Shown here in pieces: positions 1 through 11,899 of a DNA stretch of 64,000 bases. Every line of letters starts with the position of its first letter. Within the stretch, counting starts at the first letter, position 1. Below the pieces are notes generated by a model. The model was not told the origin of the DNA and did not search any database. It was given only the letters and a program-made list of their open reading frames with translations. A program made the translations under genes and the position numbers. This stretch comes from Heptranchias perlo (taxonomy: Eukaryota): positions 54,498,001 through 54,562,000 of the forward strand of contig NC_090337.1 of NCBI RefSeq assembly GCF_035084215.1, given 5' to 3'.

Positions 1-2952
1 CAGCCATCAAGGTGAGTCCAATCTCGTGCTCTTTCAACAGGACTCACAGTTTAATTATCAAGTGCTTGAACTCTGGATAATTTTTCCCCTGCCTAACTTA
101 GGGATGCCCAAGGCTGTCCCAGCTGAGATCAGCTCACTCAACTGAGCCAAGGGACAAAGCCTGAGACTCTTCTGGTCTGTATCACTCAACGTCACAATAT
201 GTTGCATTTGTCCATAAAACTAGCCAGGGCAAATATAAAGATTCAGCTGCAATGAAGTCCAAACAGATAAAAAAACAAGGTGCAAATTTAATAACTCATC
301 TTACATATTGACATTTAAGTAAATATCTAATATATTGGAGCACTATTTTCATTTTTATTTATTACCACAGAACATCTTATATATGGCCATGTTTAATTCC
401 TACAGTTTTGTGCATAATCCTCAGTCAGCTGAGGACCTATTAGTGCAAAGCACTGTTTTGCCATGCTAACTTTCTTAGCTAGCACTGCAGGTGTTCAAGA
501 GCGCTTGTATGGCTATCGTGAAAGGATGCGATGGAAACGCTACAAGGGACCAGAGTGGTTTTGAAAGTTAATCCTTTGAAGTACTAAACCATTAGAAAAC
601 TTCTCCCCAACTTCTCAAACAACAATCTATGTATGCTACTTTCACAGCAGTGAAAATAACATCACACACATGAGCCTATCAAATACTGTGCACACTGCTC
701 CAGTAATTTTACAATAACTTGCAAACCACAGAAACTGGTCTTTCGACAGGACATAAATCAAAGTCTGCAAAATACTAACTTCAGTGGAGTTCTTTTCTGT
801 ATCATTAATGTGAAGATGTAAAAAGACTGCTAGTTGATCTCCTGTGGCATTGCTCGCAATCAATAACAATAACATCATTAAGACCAGAAAGCAGATTCAG
901 GACTCCAAAATCTCAAAGTATCTTGATTTGCTCTGTAAGTGGGAAGCTTGGGCATGGGACACTTGAGCAATGAAGTGAGGAAAAACTGAGGCTGGTTTGA
1001 CAGGAAGACAAAGCCGGTGGGGGGGGGGGGGGGGGGCAGGGAGGCTGCAGCCTAGACCGGGGCTACGAGAAATTGGGCATCAAGGCCTAGAGATAGCAGG
1101 AGGCCGGAGTCTGCAGTCACCGCTCGAAAGGAGCAGGGAGGTTGGATCTTGGCTACACGATGAGTTGAGGCAGAAGTGGGGCAATGGGATTGTGGGGGAG
1201 GGGATTGTCTTTGGGAGTCACGTGAGTGATAATACATTAACAAGCATAAGTTAACATGGGCCAAACAGACCTATGGGACACCAAGGACAACCATGGATAA
1301 AATCTTTTTATTTATATAGATAGATACCAAACAATTGCAATCAGTTATAAATCGCTACATAAGCACCCAATAGATCAATAAATATTAAATATTGCAATAC
1401 CTCAAGGACCCAAGTAAACTGAGAGTCAGCATGAGTGTGACTATAACATGGAAAGGATTGAACAATGCAATCTTTTATAGCATTTAAATAATGACCAGTG
1501 TTTACTCTCCACCTGTCTTCAGAGTCAGGCGGGAGCTGAAGTTCTTGGGATGGGTCCTGGTGGATCCGAGCAGATGTGGACTACTCAGGGTGGGACTTCA
1601 GGGAAATTCCACACTCATGAAAAGCAGAAGCAGGTAGAGTGGGAAAAATGCCTAGGTGGGCGGATTAATTCGGAGGGCAGTGGGAAGGAAAAGAGTAACA
1701 ATTGCAGTGGCCGGAACTTGGATGAATTCCCCCAGCAAATGGGTTGCACCATGGTGATGTAGATAATATGGATCAATTGTGGAATCTATTTGGTGGATTC
1801 TAAGCACGTGAAACCATGGACCAATCAGCAACATTAGAGGCTCGCAACAATGTGACAGTCGTACAACGTGAATCACAGACACGAGATAGCTAGCAAGTGT
1901 TGGGAAGCACAAGTTTGATTTGAACTGTAAGAAACGCTTCTTAATTAACTCACTTCTGTGGAATTCATGAAACAAAACTCATTCGCATTCCTTAAATAAG
2001 CCCAATAAAATATGTCCACTGGTTAAATATCGTTCAGAAGTTAAGTTTGACAATTCCATCAACTTATCATGCTCTGCTTCGCAATATGGCACATCAGCAA
2101 TCCAGTTCTGTGCTAAAGGCCAAGCATATCAAGTTTAGCTTTAGACGAAATCAGATCATCCAAAGCAAAATTATAATCCAATTATTTGGGGTTCATCAAC
2201 TGGTTCAGCATTCAACAGCTGAAGCTCAAATCGTCAAAACCCAAAGTACACTGGAACATCCATTGGCCACCATAATAGAGGGGAACCCCTTGGTGGAAAT
2301 TACCAGATAAACAAGAGTCCTCATGGTATAATAATACCCTAAGCACGGGGATAAAGAGTATACAATACAAATAGCAAAAGGAATTTAATCTTTCTTGCGA
2401 TCTGACAGAAAAAGATTAATGTTAATAGGGTGTGCAATGAGTCTAAATTGCCCACAAGGCTTGGGTCATTAGTTGATAATCAGGAATGCAGATAACATAG
2501 GAGCACCAATAATGGAAATGTTTCCATCTGAAGCCCAAGTTCTGCAGTCCAGACAATGTGTACTATTATAACTCTAAACCCTATGAGCTCAAGTCCCATA
2601 CAGTACCCATTCCTCAAACCCGCTCGCGACAAAATTACAAATTTTCAAGTTAATAACGTTCTTTGAATTATACTACATTTTACAATTTCAGAAATGCTTC
2701 CCAACTTATAGTTTTGATACTCGCAGTGTATTTTTTTTTACCTCTCCAGAGCACTCTGAAGAAGCACCTCCAACCTGTCAGGACTGCAGGTTTTCTCCCC
2801 ATGCACATTTATAAAAGCAGCACAGTCTTCTGGAGGAGGCTCCTCTGCTGCAATCTATTAAAAGAGTTGGTATCATTCATATCATCAAAAATAAAAAGTT
2901 ACCAGCTTTCACTGGGACTGAACTCTGCAAAATACATATGCACTGAACTCAC

Positions 2953-3083
2953 CTGCTGAAACATTTGAACAGTGGCAGAGTACGCCCGCAGGGACAAGGC
3001 AAACTTCAGCAGGTTGGCCTGTACAGGGGTCAGTAACTCACCAGCTTGCCGCAGTATATAGTGGTAGTATGAAATATCAGTTT
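2953..3083 (-). CDS. UGGT1: UGGT1 coding exon 4
   Basis: 131-nt exon with acceptor GTGACAG| and donor |GTGAGT. Translates ETDISYYHYILRQAGELLTPVQANLLKFALSLRAYSATVQMFQQ (within ORF 2899..3126). Exon 5 was not found in 1-2950 and probably lies outside the window. Confidence 0.94.
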
Positions 3084-4683
3084 CTGTCACATAAAACAAA
3101 ATAATTACAATGTTGCATCCTTTCATTTCCCCCTCTAAATTTTCTCCCCTTCTTTTCCTGAAGGTATTTATACTTTGCTAGGTAGCATTTCATGGGTGTT
3201 GGTCACCCTCCTTGTCCAAGTGGCCGCTGTTAACGTGTTAGCCTCGTCAGTGAATGTCGAAATGCTATTTGACCATTGAGGATAGGCGAGCCTGGCAATG
3301 TCTTCACCCAAAATCCACACCTGCACTTTAGGATTCGCTGAAGAGCAATTGCGAATGGAAATCTTGGCTCATTTTTCCCTACTCTAAATCTAAGGACTCA
3401 AAACCCAACCAGAGTATCCTTATCACTGTGCCCCACGAATTCAACACAGACTGGCAGTCAAATCTGGGACAAGCCACTCAAGGAATTAACAAGCTGAGCC
3501 ACAAGAGTAGCTACTAGTTTATTATTAAATGGAAAATATGGCCAAAAATAACATATACATTACTCATACATTAGGCTGAACTTTCCTATTTTGTATTCTT
3601 TTGGTAAGAGTATTCTGAGTCTATGAACTATTTCTATTTGCTAAGAATTCTGGGTAAGTTATCTGAAACACAGAGGTGCTTGCACCAGAAGAGGCCCAAG
3701 TAAAAAGATTAAGTGCCCACTGAAGGAGGCAAATACTTTAACTGTCATCTCAGTCACTTACAACTATTTTCTCTTCACCAGTTGGGACTTTAGAATAGCC
3801 ATCAGCCATAGCGGTAAAGTACTGTTACTCTGCGATACTGATTTTTATAATTGTTTAAAGGGTTTGATGGCATATGGATAATTCAAATATTCTGTCCGTA
3901 CATACTAAGACCCATCCCCACGTTATCAGATCAGAGCCATTGCTCCTAAACAAATCCCTGTTGAATAACCTGTTGTTCTGTTCTGTGTCAGACCCTGGTA
4001 TCTTAGACACGTATCAGACATTGGCTGTATTGTTCCCGATCCACCGTTATGCTCCCTGCGGCGTTCTAATTATTTTTCCAGCAAATTGTGGTGTGACTTC
4101 GCCACTGGACGATCGGGAGGCACAATGGTCTAACTTATAGTGTTCGTCATCAATAATCGCTACTGCAGCAAATTCCGTATCTAGTCAGGTATAGGAATGT
4201 AACAACCAGTCGAGTCTTATGTTAACAATCTACAGTGAACCACAAGGCTGCCGGATAAACTACCTGAGCACTAGTCTTTGTTATTCTTTCTACGTGGTTC
4301 AACCTCCACAGACAAATAAACAGTGTAATTCAAACAGGAGAAAATCCTCTAGCACACTATGCCTTTAAGAGTCTAACGTCATTCTGAAGAAATGTAAATG
4401 ACGTCATCTTCCCCCATTCTTACCATATTTCAGGCCTCAATTTGGACAAGTACCACAAATTGTTACAGGAGCTTTGTGGTATCCTCTGCCCACAATGTCT
4501 GACAAGATAACAGAAGATATGGAGAAGGATGGAACACAAGACCAATTTAACATTGAATTCTTAACAGGGACAGTGTGTTTCTCCCCAACTCCACCCCACA
4601 TGTAAGGTTGTACGTGGAGGTTTAAATGAATGAGGAACGTGATCGTCAATCCTGCCACATGTCTGCAATGAAGTCATCTCTAC

Positions 4684-4766
4684 CTTCATGATCCTCCGGA
4701 TGGCTTTCTTGAGCGGCATCCACAAAATCCCAGAATTTAGCTTTGCTTTCTTCAGCCAAAAATTCA
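4684..4766 (-). CDS. UGGT1: UGGT1 coding exon 3
   Basis: 83-nt exon with acceptor CATTGCAG| and donor |GTAGAG. Translates EFLAEESKAKFWDFVDAAQESHPEDHE; phases fit exons 2 and 4. Confidence 0.93.
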
Positions 4767-5440
4767 CTGCAATGAGGAATGCAAAAAAGAAATTCTCTAA
4801 TTTACTTATTTCTGTAACAATGTATCAAATCATTATTTCACAGTTAACAGAAAGTTAAGTTGAAGTAATTAGAAATGACCTTGCTGATGTGTTTAACTGA
4901 CAAATGCTTCCATCAGTTATCCAGCAATCACATCTCACTACAAACTACAGCAACTTGCTTGGGCTAGAAGAACCCATTGGTGCTGCTTCCATTCCACTTG
5001 CTTGCGCAGACTTTGGTCTGTAATGGAGATGCTGCATTAATATAGCAACAATCCATTATCATTGACCTGTTTACATGGAAGATTCTGCACTTAATGACTT
5101 TATCCACAAGGGTACCCAACAATGTGATTAATTTACAATAGATACTTTAGGCGCAGAACACAAATTGCAACATAGAACTCCCAGAGTGGAGGAAAGAAAA
5201 AAGCAGCCGATTCTCCAATCTTGTGAAAGAAAACACAAGGTGAAAACCTTTTTTTCTTTTAGGACCTTAATTATACTGACCTCTGGTGCTCAGAATTCAA
5301 GACAAGTGTGACTCTGTCTCAGTGACTCAATGAGGAAAATTTCATTGAAAATAATCAGGCCAGTGCCACCGGCCCCATAAAAACCGTGTTGCTGCCTCAG
5401 AGCACACTGTGCAGCAACTCGACAAAGCCCTCCTCCCCCA

Positions 5441-5696
5441 TCAAATCCCACCATGGCAAGTTGTGAAACTGAACTCAAGTAATTTGTGGGCTATCACCAG
5501 AAAATTATCATGAAAGTTGCCAGATTGTCATACAAACCTAACCAGTTCACTAATGCTCTGCATGTAAAGGAACCTGCCACCCCTACATGTGACTCCAGTC
5601 CCACATTACATGGTTGACTCTTAAATGCCCTCGGGGCAACCAAGACTGGGCAATAAATACTGCCTTGCCAATGTCACCCAAATCCTAAGAATAAAT
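5441..5696 (+). mobile_element. Decayed SINE made of the 5' region and 3' tail of the 59-62 kb LINE, without the ORF
   Basis: TCAAATCCCACCATGGCA...GTTCACTAATG...ATGTGACTCCAGTCCCACA...TGGTTGACTCTTAAATGCCCTC matches the LINE 5' region. It runs directly into GGGGCAA...TGGGCAATAAATACTGCCTTGCCAATGTCACCCAAATCC, which matches the LINE 3' tail. Confidence 0.8.
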
Positions 5697-6189
5697 CAAC
5701 AGAAAATGAGTGTTAGGATGAAAAACTATAACCAAAGTTTATTAGATGACTTTGTATTTGCAGCAGGAGTAAAGGTCAAAACCATGGAACTCCTTTTTCC
5801 TACAATCTAAATGCGTCCAGATCCCAAGCTTGACATCACCTATCATTACAATCTACTCCTGATACTCTGAAGTTGCTTAATTCAAAAGGATCTTAAAAGG
5901 GCTATTGTGCCATTTTAATGCAATTGCTTAATTAGAGTTATTGGATAATTCAAACTTTGAGATCCAAAAATTACAGAATTATCAGGCACAGACTCGAAGT
6001 GCAGATTTATCTCTTCTCTTTACAAACACGGTGGTGTCCTGCATCACGAGCTTTGGATTCCCAGTTATTAAAAATTGATACACACAGTTCAACGTAGGGA
6101 ACAAGGAAATAAGGAAAGAGGTGAAGAAAAGGATGAGGAAAGCAAGGAGGGAATAGGAAGAGAGAATCTCAAAAAACTATTCAGAAGAG

Positions 6190-6500
6190 CAGTAACGAAT
6201 TCTACAAATTCATTGATATGAGATTAAATCAGAGATTTAGGACAGAGAACAGAATATTTTTTTTAAACACAAAGGGTTATGAGGCTGTGAAATAAACTAC
6301 CAGAGTTAGTGATTGAAGCAGAGACCATGTCAACATTTAAGAATAGGTTAGATAGGGGGGGTTGAAGGAAATTAAGTGACTTGGGAATGGGGATGGGGGG
6401 GTAGCAGATGGGATTAGGACCAGTAATAGTGCAGACAGTAAACATCAACATGAACTGGTAGGACTGAACAGCTGTTTTTTTGGTGTAATTTCTCTGCAAT
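6190..6500 (+). mobile_element. Old CR1 3' fragment in UGGT1 intron 2
   Basis: ACACAAAGGGTTATGAGGCTGTGAAATAAACTACCAGAGTTAGTGATTGAAGCAGAG is CR1 ORF2 C-terminal-like (QRV..LWN.LP..V.EA). Confidence 0.6.
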
Positions 6501-6663
6501 TCTTTGTAAAAACATCTTCCCCCTGTATCAGTGCCAAATACTCATTGATTGGGTACCACATGGCGTTCCCACTGTGCCTAGCAAAAGAACACCACTCTAC
6601 GTTTGGAAAGAAATGAATAAAATGGAAGTCAGTAATGGATGAACGGAAAAACAATAAGTTTAC

Positions 6664-6802
6664 CTTGCTTCCAATAACAATGGTGTAGATTGCCACTTGG
6701 TGGTAAGTGTTGTTGTCACCGCTTTTGAGTCTGCATTCACAACTGAGAAGGAGAGATACACCACAGCCAACGTTGCAAGAATCCCAGTGTTGTAGTTCTT
6801 AA
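6664..6802 (-). CDS. UGGT1: UGGT1 coding exon 2
   Basis: Acceptor TTCTTACAG| and donor |GTAAAC. Translates KNYNTGILATLAVVYLSFSVVNADSKAVTTTLTTKWQSTPLLLEAS, which matches the recalled UGGT1 motif DSKAITTSLTTKWFSTPLLLEAS better than UGGT2. Confidence 0.93.
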
Positions 6803-8265
6803 CTGTAAGAAGTACACTTGTTTAAAAGAAGTTACCAATAATAGTTCTATGTAAATTAATCCTTTCTTACTCAATCTCAACAAATAAGATGATTCACAAA
6901 CAAAATGAAAATTGACCACGGCATAAGAATGTTGAGGCTACAAAGTTTGCAAGCTCCAGCAGCAATCAAAGTGCTCAAAACATGAGCTGATACTATTTCG
7001 AGTACTATCTGTACTGCATCCAAGCAGCTTGTCAACGGTACAGTACCTTGAAAGGAACGTTAGGCACGTGGTTTGGCAGTACGGCAGAGCAAACTAGAAA
7101 GGGTCAAACAGGACATTGTTGCCTCTGACTGCTATATTTTTTTAAAAATCTGTTTGCACCACAATTTAACAGAGAAATAGCCTACGTATGACGCACTATT
7201 TACCAGAGGCTGCTTCCTTCCAAGATCCAAGATCCCAGAACTGTGGACCACTAACTGATGAAATACAGTGGACTGCACATTTCAAGAGAATAATTTGCAG
7301 TTAAGGGAAGTTTGGGCTTGAGCAATCAACAGTGAAATTGATTAAAACTAAGCATAATGAATAGAATTAAGAAACCAGGGCTAAGATATTTATAAGAAAC
7401 TTCAGCATCAATGTGAATCCAATTAAATCTAGCCCAAGTGTGCAGTGAGGTACAGCCAGTTCTGAGAAAATTATACATAACATTGATCACTGATCCCGTA
7501 AAGCATCCACAATGATATGTTTCTATTGCTAGTCACAGGCACAATTACCCATAGAGGAGATCACCACTTACAGATAGAACGTCAAACAGTACATCCAAAA
7601 ATAGAGGAATCCTGATTGACCCCTGATTATTGAAAGGCAAGGGCAATTTCCTTTCAGTTGAAGACACGTTGCTCTGTTTTCATAGAGATTCACTACAAGG
7701 GTATACAACAGTATATTGAGAATGTTTGCACAAGGATTTCTACTGAGTCCGTTAACCCTATCTCAGGTGATGTCTCTCACATTCTAGGAATCATGGGCAT
7801 TTATCTGAAATTAGTCTGAAGTCCAACAATATTCTAGTCTGTGTCATTTTGTACCATTCATTATCCTGTTGCATCTGATTCACGAGCAGATCATCCACTG
7901 ATACCCTATTTTATGCAGGCCATTTGGTGACTGGACCCAAGTAGACCTTTACCATATTAATTTAGTTACATTCGTTAATGGATGCACCTTTCAAACCCAT
8001 GCGAATGTGTGATCCATTTCACAGAACTCTGCACTGTAGATCGTATCAGTTTCAATCCTCAGAATTAGTGAATTGCAGGCCCTCATTATAGGCCAACCAT
8101 ATTTAGTCTGACATCGACTGGGATGGTTCCTTCAGAATTCCTACCTAGCGTAACTTCATTTTCTTTTGGGACCAGAGATTATCCTATTCTTTTACCCACT
8201 GTCCATTAGCCTGATTTAGAGAGTGAGGGTTTCATAATGTATGTGTTCACAGAGCTCCAAGATAT

Positions 8266-8438
8266 TGGGGGTGATTTTAAACCCAAGATCGGGTGGGTGG
8301 GAGTTGAAAATAGTTGTTTTTTTGGGTCGCAACCGCAAAATTTTCAGACTTTGCATTCCTAGTGGGAAGCCTATACTTTTACGCGCCGACGTTAAACCCG
8401 GAAATAAAGCCGGGCTGTTGTCGTGACCCAAAAAACAA
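8266..8438 (+). mobile_element. Harbinger-type MITE end fragment (same family as 21662-21807)
   Basis: Starts GGGGGTGATTTTAAACCCAAGA. Shares GGGTGGGAGT(T/C)GAAAATA.TTGTTTTTTTGGGTCGCAAC and GCATTCC.AGT.GGAAGCCT.TACTTTTAC with the reverse complement of 21662-21807. Confidence 0.7.
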
Positions 8439-9039
8439 AGTGCATTCTCCACACAACATGACCCCACCCATTCATCATCTCGTACACATCCCCCTCACAG
8501 AAGAGTTTGAACATCGCTGCTTCAGTGAACCAGAACAAGAAAAGCATCACTCATAACCCTTAAATCAGACTTCCAGACTTATGCAAGAACAGAAGAACTA
8601 TTGCAAATGCACCTCCGCATTTCAGTGTCAATCCAAAAACGTGAGATAGAATATGAATGCAGAACCTCCCACTTCGCTTCTACTACCTGTGCAACTCTCT
8701 CCCAGACACTTGCACTGCCTGGAGCTCTGTCCCTTTTAAAGATTATTAACCATCACCAGCTGAACCAGGGTTGTTGGGACCAGAACTAGACTGTGAGAAA
8801 TCTCTACCTTGCCCAATGGTATCCCAGTAAAATTTTATCCTATCCTTTGTGCTTCCAGCAATCATCAGGATCACATTTGAGAGATGAGACTGTCCCTAGC
8901 TGCCTCCAATTGATTTCCAATCTGATGTACAAAAAAAGAAAACTTATGGAACAAACAGCTAGTTAACACAGTGAATGCAAACTAAGTCAAAGCATTCAAA
9001 TGAAAGGGATAATTTGCCAATTAAAGAGGTGACACGTTT

Positions 9040-10726
9040 GTTGGTTTTTGTACTGGTGTTGTAATTTGCACTGTGTTTTGTAATTTGCACTATGTTTTGT
9101 AATTCACACTGTTTTGTACCGGTGCTGTAATTTGCACTGTGTTGTGTACCGGTGTTTTAATTTGCACTGTTGTTTTAATTCGCACTGTGTTGTAATGTGC
9201 ACTGTGTTTTGTACTGGTGTTTTAATGTGCACTGTGTTTGTACCTGTTTTGTAATTTGCACCATGTTTTGCACCTGTTTTCTAATTTGCACTGAGTTGTG
9301 TACTGGTGTCGTAATTTGCACTGTGTTTTGTACCTGTTTTGTAATTTGCAGTGTTGTGTACCGGTGTTGTAATGTGCACTGTGTTTTGTACCGGTTTTGT
9401 AATTTGCACTGTGTTTAGGACCGGTTTTGTAATTTGCACTGTGTTTAGGACCGGTTTTGTAATTTGCACTGTGTTTTGTACCAGTTTTGTAATTTGCACT
9501 GTGTTTTGTACCAGTTTTGTAATTTGCACTGTGTTTTGTACCAGTTTTGTCATTTGCACTGTGTTTTGTACCAGTGTTTTAATTTGCACGGTTTTGTGCT
9601 GGTGTTTTAATTTGCACTGTGTTCTGTAATTTGCACTGTGTTTTGTAACAATGTTTTAATCTGCCCTGTGTTCTGCACCGGTGCTGTAATTCGCACTGTG
9701 TTGTGTACCGGTGTTGTAATTCGCACTGTGTTTTGTAACTTGCACTGTGTTTTGTACCAGTGTTTTAATTTACACTGTGTTGTGTAATTTGCCCTGTGTT
9801 TTGTACCGATGTTTTAATCTGCCCTGTGTTTTGCACCGGTGTTGCAATTTGAACTGTGTTTAGTACCTGTGTTGTAATTTGCACTGTGTTGTGTACCGGT
9901 GTTTTGTAATTTGCACTGTGTGGTGTACCGGTGTTTTGTAATTTGCACTGTGTGGTGTACCGGTGTTTTGTAATTTGCACTGTGTTGTGTACCGATGTTT
10001 TGTAATTTGCACTATGTTGTGTACCAATGTTTTGTAATTTGCACTATGTTTTGTACTGGTGTTTTAATTTGCACGGTGTTGTGTAATTTGCACTGTGTCT
10101 TGTACCGATGTTTTAATCTGCCCTGTGTTTTGCACCGGTGCTGTAATTCGCACTGTGTTGTATAGTGGTGTTTTAATTTGCACTGTATTTTGTACTGGTG
10201 TTTTAATTTGCACCGTGTTGTGTAATGGTGTTGTAATTTGCACCATGTTTTGTACCTGTGTGGTGTAATGTGCACTGTGTTGTGTACCTGTGTGGTGTAA
10301 TGTGCACCGTGTTGTGTACCTGTGTGGTGTAATGTGTACCTGTGTGGTGTAATGTGCACCGTGTTGTGTACCTGTGTTGTGTACCTGTGTGGTGTAATGT
10401 GCACCGTGTTGTGTACCTGTGTGGTGTAATGTGCACCGTGTTGTGTACCTGTGTGGTGTAATGTGCACCGTGTTGTGTACCTGTGTGGTGTAATGTGCTG
10501 GTGTAATGTGCACCGTGTGGTGTAATGTGCACCGTGTTGTGTACCTGTGTGGTGTAATGTGCACCGTGTTGTGTACCTGTGTGGTGTAATGTGCACCGTG
10601 TTGTGTACCTGTGTGGTGTAATGTGCTGGTGTAATGTGTACCTGTGTGGTGTAATGTGCTGGTGTAATGTGTACCTGTGTGGTGTAATGTGCTGGTGTAA
10701 TGTGCACCGTGTGGTGTAATGTGCTG
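9040..10726. repeat. ~1.7-kb GT-rich minisatellite (30-33-bp unit) in UGGT1 intron 1
   Basis: Unit GTTTTGTAATTTGCACTGTGTTTTGTACCG grades into GTGTGGTGTAATGTGCACCGTGTTGTGTACCT. Confidence 0.97.
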
Positions 10727-11340
10727 GTCCGGGCGCGGGCCCGGGCTGGAGTGGGGAGCTCGAGCCCTCCAGCTTCCTCTCTCTCTCCTCCAATCACGGC
10801 CCTCGGCGTGTCTCCACCGCCGCGCAACCAACCCTGGAAAGCCCCGACCGCGGGGCCCGCCCTCGCCTCACGCTGATTGGTCAAATCCCACTGGCACACC
10901 ACCTGATTGGACAACCGCGCTGTCAATCATTGCTCCCAAGTTAGGTTGGCTCCCCTCAGTATTTCCCCCCCTTTTTAATAATTATTAATAACCGGGGGGG
11001 TCCGAGCTCGACAATAACCGGGAGCCGCCGCCACCGCCGCCGCCGCCGGTTTAACGGTGAACAACCGGCCCGTTTAACACAGGTCAGGAAACGATAGCGG
11101 AATCCAGTAACAGCGCGGCCAAAACCAGGCCGCCCCGCAACCTCCCGCTCCGCACAACAGAGCAGCGGGAAAGGCCCGCGTCACTGCGGGAAAGGCCGGG
11201 GCCGCCGCCGATGCCGATGCCGATGCCGCTCTCGGTTCGCTCCTCTCACTCACCAGAGCCGGCGAACCAGAGCGCTGCCATCTTGGGAGTCCAGAGCAAC
11301 CCCACGGACCCAGGGGCTGGCCCCGCTTATCCCCGAATAA
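10727..11340 (-). promoter_or_regulatory. CpG island around UGGT1 exon 1
   Basis: Abrupt GC- and CpG-rich block with (GCC)n tracts. CCAAT boxes at 10790-10794 (+), 10876-10880 (-) and 10906-10910 (-). CAAGATGGCAGC at the start codon resembles a YY1/TISU-type motif. Confidence 0.8.
11254..11281 (-). CDS. UGGT1: UGGT1 coding exon 1 (start codon; MAALWFAGS)
   Basis: Minus strand reads CCCAAG ATG GCA GCG CTC TGG TTC GCC GGC TCT G|GTGAGT inside a CpG island. The phase-1 donor joins exon 2 in frame to give a signal-peptide-like N-terminus, MAALWFAGSVKNYNTGILATLAVVYLSFSVVNA-DSK. Confidence 0.75.
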
Positions 11341-11800
11341 ATATAAGCAATTATGGGGGATTTTTTTTTTTAAAAAAAAGAAACACCGTCAGTTACAGCT
11401 GGAACTTGCACCTGATCAATTGATTATAAATTGTGATTTCTTTTTTTTAAAAAAAACACACAAGTTAAAAGGATTCAAATTTCAGGCAATTCAAACGGAC
11501 TACTGTCTGTCGCAGGGCCCGTTGTGAGCTCAGGCTCAGAGGCACGCCCCCTGCTGGGCTGTGGCCCGCACTGCAGCAGGGAGACAGACCTGTTCCTGTG
11601 ACTCACACATTGAGATTTCAAAATCAATCCATTCCAATCTATCTGACTGTTCTTAATTATAGATGTCACAGAAGAATTAAAGCACACAAGGAGGCCATTC
11701 TGCCCAGTGTCTGTGCTGGCTCTTTGCTAGAATAATCCAAAACTGATCTCAGTGCTCTACTCTCTCCCTATGTTCCTGTACCTAAGTATGCTTCAAATGT

Positions 11801-11899
11801 AAGGAATCGCACAACACCAGGTTATAGTCCAACAGCTTTATTTGAAATCACAAGCTTTCGGAGCTTTCCTCCTTCGTCATCACTGACATCTCCACATCA
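11801..11899 (-). mobile_element. Short Penelope-like element terminal fragment with a hammerhead-ribozyme-like core and 18-bp flanking direct repeat
   Basis: Direct repeat TAAGTATGCTTCAAATGT at 11783-11800 and 11900-11917. Minus strand reads TGACGA-A-GGAG-GAAAG-CTCC-GAAA-GC followed by AATAAA. Confidence 0.72.

Noticed and set aside
642-878. ORF 642..878 as UGGT1 exon 5
   Set aside because: No resemblance to the expected IAADEPPP...C...H...TC sequence in the translation.
1550-2330. Coding-looking stretch in UGGT1 intron 4
   Set aside because: Short ORFs only and no motif I can recognise. It may be an old mobile element, but I cannot support a call.
9040-10726. Periodic ~30-bp repeat as a CRISPR array, or its long ORFs (e.g. 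10012..10926) as genes
   Set aside because: There are no unique spacers and no cas genes, and the context is a vertebrate intron. The ORFs are by-products of a stop-poor minisatellite.
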